Assembly (NCBI RefSeq): GCF_000007985.2
Contig: NC_002939.5
Location: 180,001-212,000, forward strand
Origin: Geobacter sulfurreducens PCA
Lineage (GTDB): Bacteria; Desulfobacterota; Desulfuromonadia; Geobacterales; Geobacteraceae
DNA: 32,000 nucleotides
Reading direction: 5' to 3'
Numbering within the stretch: position 1 is the first letter of the stretch; every line of letters begins with the position of its first letter. Position numbers and translations under genes: made by a program. A model generated the notes under the pieces. It was not told the DNA's origin and ran no database searches. It worked only from the letters and a program-made list of their open reading frames with translations. Shown piece after piece: positions 1 through 7,998 of this stretch.

Positions 1-573
<573 letters not shown>

Positions 574-576
574 ATT

Positions 577-620
577 AAAGAAGGGCGGCCGATGAGGTCG
601 CCCTTCTTTATTTATCTTCT
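577..620 (+). terminator. Intrinsic terminator of dapL
   Basis: An 11-bp stem, AAAGAAGGGCG (577-587) paired with CGCCCTTCTTT (599-609), is followed by T-rich ATTTATCTTCTT. Confidence 0.7.
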
Positions 621-639
621 TGCCGGTGAGATTCCCCTG

Positions 640-673
640 TTGACGCGGATGTGAATTGTGTTATCTAATAACA
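640..673 (+). promoter_or_regulatory. Candidate sigma70 promoter plus operator palindrome for the TumE-like/HTH pair
   Basis: -35 TTGACG (640-645), 16-nt spacer, -10 TATCTA (662-667). The inverted repeat TGTTAT-CTA-ATAACA (659-673) overlaps the -10. Confidence 0.4.
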
Positions 674-694
674 TATGTTTCGGGAGGTAAGACT

Positions 695-982
695 GTGGGA
701 GCAACGCTTGTTCTCAGGAACAAGAAAGTCAGAGAAGGGATCATCATCGAATTGGCGGTCTGGATACTCGATGCCCCCGTAGATGGTTGCAGCCACCGAT
801 TTAAGTACCGTCTTTTCTGCGGCGTCCTGGAAACCGGTTCATCTTTGGTCAGGTACGACAACGAACGGGGGAAGGGCGACCACCGGCATGTCGTTGATGG
901 CGAACAGCCGTACGTTTTTACCAGTCTGGAGAAGTTGTTCGCTGACTTTGAAGGGGATGTCAGGGAGGTGTTGAAAAAATGA
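695..982 (+). CDS. DUF6516/TumE-like putative toxin component
   Basis: The ORF track gives 656-982. I prefer GTG 695, which has GGGAGG 7 nt upstream and lies downstream of the predicted promoter. The motif FKYRLF...VRYDNERGKGDHRH...PYVF resembles the TumE/DUF6516 family as I recall it. The stop overlaps the next start (ATGA at 979-982). Confidence 0.55.
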   Translation: MGATLVLRNKKVREGIIIELAVWILDAPVDGCSHRFKYRLFCGVLETGSSLVRYDNERGKGDHRHVVDGEQPYVFTSLEKLFADFEGDVREVLKK

Positions 983-1341
983 AACGGGACATCAAGATAG
1001 GAATCAAGTCCGACGACGAATTCTTTTCCGAGGCACGGGATTTAGCTCGCAGCATCGACAATGGATGGCGGCCGGAGCAGCCGGTGGAACGCCTCTACTT
1101 CGAGGACCTCCCCACGCTGCTCAAATACCTCACTCCGAAACGGTTCGAACTGCTCAATACCCTGCACGCCATGGGTCATGTGAGCATCAACGCCTTGGCG
1201 AAGAAACTCCACCGGCAGTACCGCAACGTCTTTGACGACGTGAAGACCCTGGAGCGGCTGGGACTGGTGGAGAAGGATGAAGAGAGCCGGTTCTTCGTCC
1301 CTTGGGACGAGATTGATGCTACCTTTCGTCTGGCGGCGTAA
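979..1341 (+). CDS. Winged-HTH DNA-binding protein (COG4190/HVO_A0114-like), putative antitoxin/regulator partner
   Basis: 120-aa ORF coupled to the upstream gene by an ATGA overlap. LTPKRFELLNTLHAMGHVSINALAKKLHRQYRNVFDDVKTLERLGLV reads as a MarR/ArsR-type wHTH. Confidence 0.6.
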   Translation: MKRDIKIGIKSDDEFFSEARDLARSIDNGWRPEQPVERLYFEDLPTLLKYLTPKRFELLNTLHAMGHVSINALAKKLHRQYRNVFDDVKTLERLGLVEKDEESRFFVPWDEIDATFRLAA

Positions 1342-1408
1342 GGGAGTTAAGTAAACTGTCCCCGGAACTCCCGGAACTCGTCCCAAAGTGTTAAGGAGTG
1401 TCACGGCT

Positions 1409-2764
1409 ATGAAAACGAGCGTTAAAACAATAAGCAAGAAACTACAGCACTCTTTGCAAAAAGGAATAACTGAATTGTCAGTTGCTGGCTATAAGTCAAT
1501 TGGCAGGCTACAAACAATTGATTTAAAGCCGCTTACAATATTATCTGGATCAAATAGCTCTGGTAAATCTAGTATAATGCAACCACTACTACTGTTAAAA
1601 CAAACATTAGAGGCCGGATATGATCCTGGTCCGTTATTGCTTAATGGACCAAACCTAAAGTATAATTCTGCAAGTGACATTTTGACTCAATGTAAGAACA
1701 ATAAACTGAATTCATTTTCTGTTGGAATTCGAGTTGCTAAAAATGAACTACTCACTACATCATATAAAAAACAGATTAATAAAGGGTTCAAAATAGACGA
1801 AATGACTTACGGTGATAAAAATGAAATTCATTTCAATCAAAGTATGTCGGCATCAGATACAGAAAGAATCGTACCAAACGAATTTAAAGATCTTTACAAA
1901 GTATTGCCTAAAAAATACAGGCCAGAGATAGAGTGGCATATTACGCGAAATAGGTGTTTTCTTGAGGCAGTACCAAAGTCTAAAGATGGTTCACAAATGG
2001 GACCAAACGTTTCGCCTAGTTCAATTGTCGCAAACGCAATACGAAATATTATTCATTTGCCTGGTCTGAGAGGAAACCCAGCAAGAACATATCCTATTAC
2101 AGCGGTGGGGAGAAGTTTTCCTGGTACGTTTGAAACTTATTCAGCGAGTATTCTTGCAGACTGGCAAGATAGTAAAAACAATAAATTGAGAGAGCTGTGT
2201 GCTGATCTTGAAAGATTAGGATTAACCTGGAAGGTTGCCGCAAGTCGAATTAATGACACTCAAGTTGAACTAAAAGTAGGCCGCCTGCCTCACGCTACTA
2301 GGGGTGGCGCAATGGATTTAGTCAATATTGCTGATGTTGGTTTTGGCGTTTCTCAGACGTTACCAGTTGTTGTTGCACTACATGTTGCAGCGCCAGGCCA
2401 AACAGTTTATCTCGAACAACCAGAAATTCATCTTCACCCGAGAGCACAAGCTGTAATGGCAGAAGTCATAACTGACGCAGTGAATAGAGGTGTAAAAGTA
2501 GTTGTTGAAACACACAGTTCAATATTTCTCTTGACCATGCAGTCATTGGTAGCGGAAGAGAAATTGCCTTCTGACGTCGTTAGCTTACATTGGTTTTCTC
2601 GGGATGATGACGGCCTTACGATTGTGACAAGTGCATCACTTGATAGCTCTGGAAGCTTTGGGCAATGGCCTGAAGACTTCGGTGCAGTAAATTTGGAGAT
2701 CGAAAGTAGATATTTAGATGCGTTCGAGTCTAAATTAGGAGTGGATTCTAGTGGCTGCAAATAA
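1409..2764 (+). CDS. ABC/AAA-type ATPase with a DUF3696-like C-terminus (AAA_15/AAA_21 class)
   Basis: ATG 1409 follows AAGGAG (1393-1398). Walker A is GSNSSGKSS (1547-1573). The Walker B region is VYLEQPEIHLHP, the H-loop is ETHSS, and the C-terminal motif is WPEDFG. GC is far below the surroundings (22/60 G+C at 1441-1500 by hand count). Confidence 0.8.
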   Translation: MKTSVKTISKKLQHSLQKGITELSVAGYKSIGRLQTIDLKPLTILSGSNSSGKSSIMQPLLLLKQTLEAGYDPGPLLLNGPNLKYNSASDILTQCKNNKLNSFSVGIRVAKNELLTTSYKKQINKGFKIDEMTYGDKNEIHFNQSMSASDTERIVPNEFKDLYKVLPKKYRPEIEWHITRNRCFLEAVPKSKDGSQMGPNVSPSSIVANAIRNIIHLPGLRGNPARTYPITAVGRSFPGTFETYSASILADWQDSKNNKLRELCADLERLGLTWKVAASRINDTQVELKVGRLPHATRGGAMDLVNIADVGFGVSQTLPVVVALHVAAPGQTVYLEQPEIHLHPRAQAVMAEVITDAVNRGVKVVVETHSSIFLLTMQSLVAEEKLPSDVVSLHWFSRDDDGLTIVTSASLDSSGSFGQWPEDFGAVNLEIESRYLDAFESKLGVDSSGCK

Positions 2765-3302
2765 ATCTCGTATTTTTGTCGTTGATACTTGTGTGGTTAG
2801 GTCAGCTGGGGGCGAAGATGCTGTTTTTCCGACTTCCAAACATTGTAGAGATTTCTTAAAAAATATTTTAACAATCTGCCACCGGGTAGTTCTTACATCA
2901 GAAATTGGAACTGAGTGGCATAAGCATGCTTCTGGATTTGCCAGAAAATGGCGAGTACAAATGGAATCGAGAAAAAAAATTTGTCGCCCAATAGTTGCTT
3001 CGAGACCTGAATTACTTAAAAAAATCAAGGATCTTCCCTTTTCAGAAGCTGAGCGGGAAGCATTAGAAAAAGATTTCATGTTAATCGAGGCTGCGTTATC
3101 AACTGATTGTTGCATTTCTTCGATGGACGAAATCGTAAAGCAACTGCTTGTAAAAGCTGCTTCAAATGTTGGCGAACTTAAACAAATTATTTGGGTTAAC
3201 CCCGATAAATCTCCTCAAGAGCTTACTGATTGGTTGGCAGAAGGTGCCTTACCATCAAAAGGTCCAACTTTGGGGGAAGGCAAAGGGGACGTTGCTTGCT
3301 AA
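2751..3302 (+). CDS. Hypothetical 183-aa protein, tentatively PIN-like; partner of the DUF3696-type ATPase
   Basis: GTG 2751 has AGGAG 9 nt upstream and overlaps the ATPase gene by 14 nt. It shares the same low GC (26/60 at 2881-2940). Acidic residues sit in PIN-like contexts (IFVVDTCVV, DFMLIEAAL, ISSMDE). I recognise no family with certainty. Confidence 0.6.
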   Translation: MAANKSRIFVVDTCVVRSAGGEDAVFPTSKHCRDFLKNILTICHRVVLTSEIGTEWHKHASGFARKWRVQMESRKKICRPIVASRPELLKKIKDLPFSEAEREALEKDFMLIEAALSTDCCISSMDEIVKQLLVKAASNVGELKQIIWVNPDKSPQELTDWLAEGALPSKGPTLGEGKGDVAC

Positions 3303-3329
3303 TTAGCTGACTCCTGTTACCCTTCCCCC

Positions 3330-3635
3330 ATGCCCCGCCAACCACGCCTCGACATACCAAATATCTTGCATCACGTCATCGTCCGCGGTATCGAACGCCG
3401 CGACATCTTTGACGATAACCACGACAGGGCGCGTTTCGTCTCCCGTCTGTCGGAACTTCTCACCCAGAGCGGCACCAGATGCTTTGCCTGGGCGCTCATG
3501 TCCAATCACTTCCATCTGCTGCTGATGCCCACCACGGTTCCCCTGGCGCAGACCATGCGCCGCCTGCTCACCGGCCATGCCGTTTATTTCAACCGCAGAC
3601 ACAAACGCACCGGCCATCTGTTCCAGAACCGCTAG
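3330..3635 (+). pseudogene. Truncated REP-associated tyrosine transposase (RAYT, IS200/IS605 Y1 family)
   Basis: MPRQPRLDIPNILHHVIVRGIERRDIF...SNHFHLLL (HUH motif)...RRHKRTGHLFQNR then stop. Family members continue with YKS..., which carries the catalytic Tyr, and that part is absent here. The gene is followed directly by a REP-like hairpin. Confidence 0.7.
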
Positions 3636-3668
3636 AACGAATTCCTGGGACACCATACTCAGTCTCGC

Positions 3669-3690
3669 AAGGCGGCCAGTCGGCCGCCTT
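3669..3690. repeat. REP-like GC hairpin (AAGGCGGCC-N4-GGCCGCCTT) with a conserved TGCTGTT..TGCCAAT tail
   Basis: AAGGCGGCC (3669-3677), AGTC, GGCCGCCTT (3682-3690), then TGCTGTTCCTGCCAATAACC. This is nearly the same as the copy at 7851-7873. Confidence 0.7.
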
Positions 3691-3733
3691 TGCTGTTCCT
3701 GCCAATAACCTCGTACAAACAATTCAGCTAGCA

Positions 3734-3753
3734 AACGAAAATCATGTTTCGTT
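3734..3753. promoter_or_regulatory. Inverted repeat upstream of fic (candidate operator)
   Basis: AACGAAA-ATCATG-TTTCGTT is a perfect 7-bp inverted repeat. Related half-sites are AAACGAAAA at 3847-3855 and TCGTTAC at 3749-3755 and 3821-3827. Confidence 0.3.
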
Positions 3754-3880
3754 ACATAAGCCTCTTGTCTAATAAACGATGCTGCCGTATAGTTTGTTAG
3801 CGCGTTGAGCTATGAAGCTATCGTTACGTAGCAACCGCGCCTAAGAAACGAAAACCCTCCAAACATTACGAGGTGTCCCC

Positions 3881-5047
3881 ATGTTTACGGAAGTATCGCC
3901 GCGCGGCGGCAGGCTGGTGGTACAGCAAAAAGGTGCAGAAGGTTACAGCGCTTTTGTGCCACATCCGCTACCGCCCAATCCACCGCTGCAGATCGACGAC
4001 GAAATGGGATGGCTGATGGAGCGGGCCAACCGTGCCTTGGGCCGGCTGGACGGCTGCACCTATACCCTCCCCAACCCTGACCTGTTCCTCTACATGTACG
4101 TGCGCAAGGAGGCGGTGCTAAGTTCCCAGATCGAGGGGACGCAGGCGTCATTGGACGATCTTCTGGAGTACGAAGGAGAGATTGAGGGTAAGAGCTCACC
4201 GGACGATATCAATGAGGTGTCCAATTATGTGGATGCCATGAATTACGGCCTGGAGCGGTTGCAAGAGCTGCCCCTGAGTCTGCGGCTGATCAAAGAGATT
4301 CATGCCCGGCTGATGGCCGGCATCAGGGGGGGGCACAAGAGTCCTGGCGAGTTCCGGACATCCCAGAACTGGATCGGTGGCACAAGGCCGGGTAATGCCG
4401 CCTTCGTGCCGCCGCCGGCCAATGAGGTAGTTACCTGTCTGGGCGACTTGGAGAAATTTCTGCACGATGAGTCAGTTCCGCCGCTGCTCAAGGCTGGCCT
4501 GGCCCATGCCCAGTTTGAGACCATCCACCCGTTTCTGGACGGCAACGGCAGAATGGGGCGGCTGTTGATAGCCTTTATTCTCTGCCATGATCAGGTACTG
4601 GAAAAGCCACTGCTCTACTTGAGTCTCTTTTTCAAAAAGCACCGCCAGGAGTACTACGAGCGGCTCAACGCGGTCCGGCGAGACGGCGACTGGGAGGGGT
4701 GGATCAAGTACTACCTGCAGGGGGTATACGAGATATCGAAACAGGCGACCGATGCCGCCAAAGCGATCATGGACCTGATGGCGCGGGACAGACAGAAGGT
4801 AACCGGCCTGGGCAAAGCAGCACCAACGGCGTTGGCTCTTCTGGAGATGCTCTATCGCAAGCCCTACGTCACCATCCCGTACGTGGCGCGGGAACTCCGA
4901 ATCAGCTCCCCGGCAGCAAGTAAGGCAGTGAACAATCTTGCGGCACTCGGCATTCTGATCGAGGTGAGCGGCAAGAAGCGCGATCGGGTGTTCCTGCACG
5001 AATCCTACCTGTCCATCATCCGGGAAGGGACTGAGCTATACCGGTAG
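3881..5047 (+). CDS. Fic family protein (AMPylase-type) with an N-terminal inhibitory motif and a C-terminal wHTH
   Basis: The Fic motif is HPFLDGNGRMGR. The inhibitory-helix motif [ST]xxxE[GN] appears as SSQIEG. The C-terminal ARELRISSPAASKAVNNLAALGIL looks like an HTH. Confidence 0.85.
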   Translation: MFTEVSPRGGRLVVQQKGAEGYSAFVPHPLPPNPPLQIDDEMGWLMERANRALGRLDGCTYTLPNPDLFLYMYVRKEAVLSSQIEGTQASLDDLLEYEGEIEGKSSPDDINEVSNYVDAMNYGLERLQELPLSLRLIKEIHARLMAGIRGGHKSPGEFRTSQNWIGGTRPGNAAFVPPPANEVVTCLGDLEKFLHDESVPPLLKAGLAHAQFETIHPFLDGNGRMGRLLIAFILCHDQVLEKPLLYLSLFFKKHRQEYYERLNAVRRDGDWEGWIKYYLQGVYEISKQATDAAKAIMDLMARDRQKVTGLGKAAPTALALLEMLYRKPYVTIPYVARELRISSPAASKAVNNLAALGILIEVSGKKRDRVFLHESYLSIIREGTELYR

Positions 5048-5069
5048 GTGAAAGAAAAAAAGGTAGTCA

Positions 5070-5099
5070 TTGCCCGGCCAAGGCATAGTATGCTATAGC
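5070..5099 (+). promoter_or_regulatory. Candidate sigma70 promoter of the ABC-F gene
   Basis: -35 TTGCCC (5070-5075), 18-nt spacer, -10 TATAGC (5094-5099). Confidence 0.35.
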
Positions 5100-5112
5100 T
5101 AAAGTGCACCTG

Positions 5113-5146
5113 AACCGCAGGGAGACCCCCTGCGGTTTTCTTTTGG
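5113..5146 (+). terminator. Intrinsic-terminator hairpin 31 nt upstream of the ABC-F start. It is either the fic terminator or a leader attenuator.
   Basis: A 10-bp stem, AACCGCAGGG (5113-5122) paired with CCCTGCGGTT (5128-5137), is followed by TTCTTTTGG. It is near-identical to the hairpin at 21901-21931. Confidence 0.65.
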
Positions 5147-5168
5147 CAGCAGAAAGAGAGAGTTCATC

Positions 5169-6806
5169 ATGATCAGTACCAGCAACATCAGCTTGGCCTA
5201 TGGCAAGCGGGTCATCTTCAAGGACGTGAACATCAAGTTCGTGCCCGGCAACTGCTACGGCCTGATCGGCGCCAACGGCGCCGGCAAGTCCACCTTCCTC
5301 AAGATTCTGGCGGGTCTGTCCGAGCCCGATTCCGGCACGGTCAGCGTCGGCCCGCGCGAGCGGATTTCATTCCTGAAGCAGGATCAGTTCGCCTTTGACG
5401 AGCACACGGTCTTCAATACCGTTATCATGGGCAATCCCCGGCTGTACGAGGTGATGCACGAGCGTGAGGCGATCTACGCCAAGGCGGAATTCTCCGAGGA
5501 GGACGGCATCCGCTCCGCCGAGCTGGAGGCTGAGTTTGCCGAGATGGACGGCTACGAGGCGGAGTCCGAGGCGGCGGTGCTGCTGAACGGCCTGGGGATT
5601 CCGGAAGAGCTGCGCCACAAGCAGATGAAGGAGCTGGAGGGGGGCGAGAAGGTGCGGGTGCTGCTGGCCCAGGCGCTGTTCGGCAACCCGGATGTGCTGC
5701 TGTTGGACGAGCCCACCAACCACCTGGACCTGAAGACCATCACCTGGCTGGAGGATTTCCTGGCCCGGTTCAATAACACGGTGATCGTGGTATCCCACGA
5801 CCGGCACTTTCTCAACCAGATCTGCACCCACGTGGCGGACATCGACTTCGGCCGCATCCAGGTCTACGTGGGCAACTACGATTTCTGGTACCAGGCCAGC
5901 CAGCTGACCCTGAAGCAGAAGCAGGACGAGAGCCGGAAGATCGCCGACAAGGCGGCCGAGCTGAAGGAGTTCATCCAGCGCTTCAGCTCCAACGCCTCCA
6001 AGGCCAAGCAGGCCACCTCCCGCAAGAAGCTGCTGGAGAAGCTGACCGTGGAGGAGATGCCGGTGTCGTCCCGCAAGTACCCCTACGTGGTCTTCAAGCC
6101 CGAGCGCCCCTGTGGCGACGTCATCCTGGAGATCAGCGGCCTCTCCAAGGAGATCGACGGGGTTCAAGTGTTCAAGGACCTGGACCTGATCGTGGGGAAA
6201 GGGGACAAGATCGCCTTTGTGGGCGCCAACAGCCTGGCCAAGACCACCCTGTTCCAGATCCTGGCCGGCGAGCTGGAGCCTGACGCGGGTTCGTTCCGCT
6301 GGGGGGTGACCATCACCAGCGCCTACTTCCCCAAGGAGAACGGCAGCTATTTCGACAACGACCTGAACCTGATCGAGTGGCTGGGGCAGTTTGCTCCGCC
6401 GACGGAAGGGGAGAGCTTTGCCCGGGGCTTTCTCGGTAGGATGCTCTTCTCCGGCGACGAGGCCACCAAGAAGGCCTCGGTCCTTTCCGGCGGCGAGCGG
6501 GTCCGCTGCATGCTGGCGCGGATGATGCTGCTGGGCGCCAATGCCCTGGTGCTGGACGAGCCGACCAACCACCTGGACCTGGAGTCCATCACCGCCCTGA
6601 ACAACGGCCTGATCGCCTTCAGCGAGGTGGTGCTCTTCAGCTCCCACGACCACGAGTTCGTCAACACCCTGGCCAACCGGATCGTGGAGTTCACCCCCGG
6701 TGGGATCATTGACCGGAAGATGACCTTCGACGACTACCTGGAGAGCGCCGAGGTGGCCGAAGAACGGGACCGGCTCTGCCAGGGGCACTGCGACCTGACG
6801 CTCTAG
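5169..6806 (+). CDS. ybiT: ABC-F family ATPase, YbiT-like
   Basis: 545 aa with two ABC cassettes (GANGAGKST and GANSLAKTT Walker A; LSGGE signatures; LLLDEPTNHLD twice). It is collinear with E. coli YbiT as I recall it (QDQFAF, ISHDRHFLN, RFSANASKAKQATSR). Confidence 0.85.
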   Translation: MISTSNISLAYGKRVIFKDVNIKFVPGNCYGLIGANGAGKSTFLKILAGLSEPDSGTVSVGPRERISFLKQDQFAFDEHTVFNTVIMGNPRLYEVMHEREAIYAKAEFSEEDGIRSAELEAEFAEMDGYEAESEAAVLLNGLGIPEELRHKQMKELEGGEKVRVLLAQALFGNPDVLLLDEPTNHLDLKTITWLEDFLARFNNTVIVVSHDRHFLNQICTHVADIDFGRIQVYVGNYDFWYQASQLTLKQKQDESRKIADKAAELKEFIQRFSSNASKAKQATSRKKLLEKLTVEEMPVSSRKYPYVVFKPERPCGDVILEISGLSKEIDGVQVFKDLDLIVGKGDKIAFVGANSLAKTTLFQILAGELEPDAGSFRWGVTITSAYFPKENGSYFDNDLNLIEWLGQFAPPTEGESFARGFLGRMLFSGDEATKKASVLSGGERVRCMLARMMLLGANALVLDEPTNHLDLESITALNNGLIAFSEVVLFSSHDHEFVNTLANRIVEFTPGGIIDRKMTFDDYLESAEVAEERDRLCQGHCDLTL

Positions 6807-6835
6807 GAGCCTGTCGGGGTATCTCTTCCGCGAAT

Positions 6836-7318
6836 ATGACCAAACAGCACCTCGTTGCCACTATTATTGCCCGGCTTGAGGCCGATCTTGCCCTGTTCAC
6901 CGCGGCGGCCCTCCATGCCCATGCCGCTGCTACCCATGAAGAGTGCCAGCCGGATAACAAGTACGATACCACTGCGCTGGAGGCATCCTATGTCGCCCAG
7001 GGGCAGGCCAACCGGGCACAGGAGATCCGCCAGAGCCTGGAGGCATACCGCTCCCTGGAACTGCAGGAGTTCGACGCCGGTGCGCCGGTGCGCTTGAGCG
7101 CCCTGGTGACCCTGGAGGACGAGGCGGGCAGGACGCGGCGGCTGTTCATCGGTCCCCAGGCAGGCGGGATGAAGCTGGCCGACCCGGCGGGCGAGATTGT
7201 GGTCATTACCCCTGCTTCTCCCCTGGGGAACAGGCTGCTCGGTCTTGCGGCGGGCGATGAAGTGCAGGGGGTAGACGCCGGCAAGGGGAAGTTTTACACC
7301 ATCGTGGCTGTTACCTGA
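6836..7318 (+). CDS. GreA/GreB-family-like protein (C-terminal Gre domain)
   Basis: 160-aa ORF. The N-terminal half is predicted helical. The C-terminal [27 protein letters not shown]...[20 protein letters not shown] resembles the GreA/B C-terminal domain. Confidence 0.55.
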   Translation: MTKQHLVATIIARLEADLALFTAAALHAHAAATHEECQPDNKYDTTALEASYVAQGQANRAQEIRQSLEAYRSLELQEFDAGAPVRLSALVTLEDEAGRTRRLFIGPQAGGMKLADPAGEIVVITPASPLGNRLLGLAAGDEVQGVDAGKGKFYTIVAVT

Positions 7319-7338
7319 GAAGAATCGTTGGGAGCAGT

Positions 7339-7794
7339 ATGAAGATCTGGATCGATGCCGATGCCTGCCCGCGGGCAGTGAAAGAAATCCTCTTCCGGGC
7401 CTCGACCCGGCTGCGGGTACCGCTCTGCCTGGTGGCCAACAGGAGCCTCGCCAAGCATGCCGGCCCGCTGGTGGAGAGCGTGGTGGTGGCCGATGGCTTC
7501 GACGTGGCAGACGATTACATCGCCGAGCACGCCGCCCCGACCGACCTGGTGGTAACCGCCGACGTGCCGCTGGCCGCCCGGATCGTGGCCAAGGGGGGCG
7601 TGGCGCTCGACCCGCGCGGCGAGCTGTACAGCGAGGAATCCATCGGCGAGCGGCTGGCCATGCGCGATCTGCTGAGCGAGCTGCGCGACACCGGCATGAT
7701 CCAGGGGGGCGGCCCGGCGCCGTTCAGCATGAGCGACCGCAACCGCTTTGCGTCGGCCCTGGACAGCCTGCTGCATCGCATGCTCAGACGCTAG
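7339..7794 (+). CDS. yaiI: YaiI/YqxD family protein (UPF0178, DUF188)
   Basis: [22 protein letters not shown]... and ...[13 protein letters not shown] are typical of UPF0178. Confidence 0.8.
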   Translation: MKIWIDADACPRAVKEILFRASTRLRVPLCLVANRSLAKHAGPLVESVVVADGFDVADDYIAEHAAPTDLVVTADVPLAARIVAKGGVALDPRGELYSEESIGERLAMRDLLSELRDTGMIQGGGPAPFSMSDRNRFASALDSLLHRMLRR

Positions 7795-7850
7795 TCTGTT
7801 GCCACGCCTCAGGGGGGGCAAGATTCCCCACGCAATTCAAAAGGCGGCCC

Positions 7851-7873
7851 TCTCGGCCGCCTTTGCTGTTTCT
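7851..7873. repeat. REP-like GC hairpin / terminator after yaiI
   Basis: AAGGCGGCC (7851-7859), 5-nt loop, GGCCGCCTT (7865-7873), then TGCTGTTTCTACTGCCAATCC. It shares the upstream AATTCAAAAGGCGGCC with the copy at 8415. Confidence 0.7.
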
Positions 7874-7998
7874 ACTGCCAATCCTTTTCCGTATCCCCCG
7901 CAGGTAGCCTACCTTCGAGCGCGCGAGGGGCTAACACAATGGGACCACCACCGGCTGATCGGGTGTATAATGTTAACTAAAGAAGGAGGTGTTCCATA

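Noticed and set aside
656-694. TTG start at 656 for the TumE-like ORF
   Set aside because: The predicted promoter's -10 (662-667) lies inside this extension, and GTG 695 has a proper GGGAGG SD. The extension is kept only as an alternative.
1362-1379. Tandem 9-mer CCCGGAACT-CCCGGAACT at the left edge of the low-GC cassette, considered as a possible att or target-site duplication
   Set aside because: I found no matching copy at the right edge (3303-3329). It is too short to distinguish from chance or replication slippage.
5367-6788. 473-aa ORF antisense to the ABC-F gene
   Set aside because: It mirrors a gene with unmistakable ABC-F motifs on the other strand. Its translation is low-complexity and rich in G, L, V, Q and H, which is typical of antisense frames in high-GC DNA.
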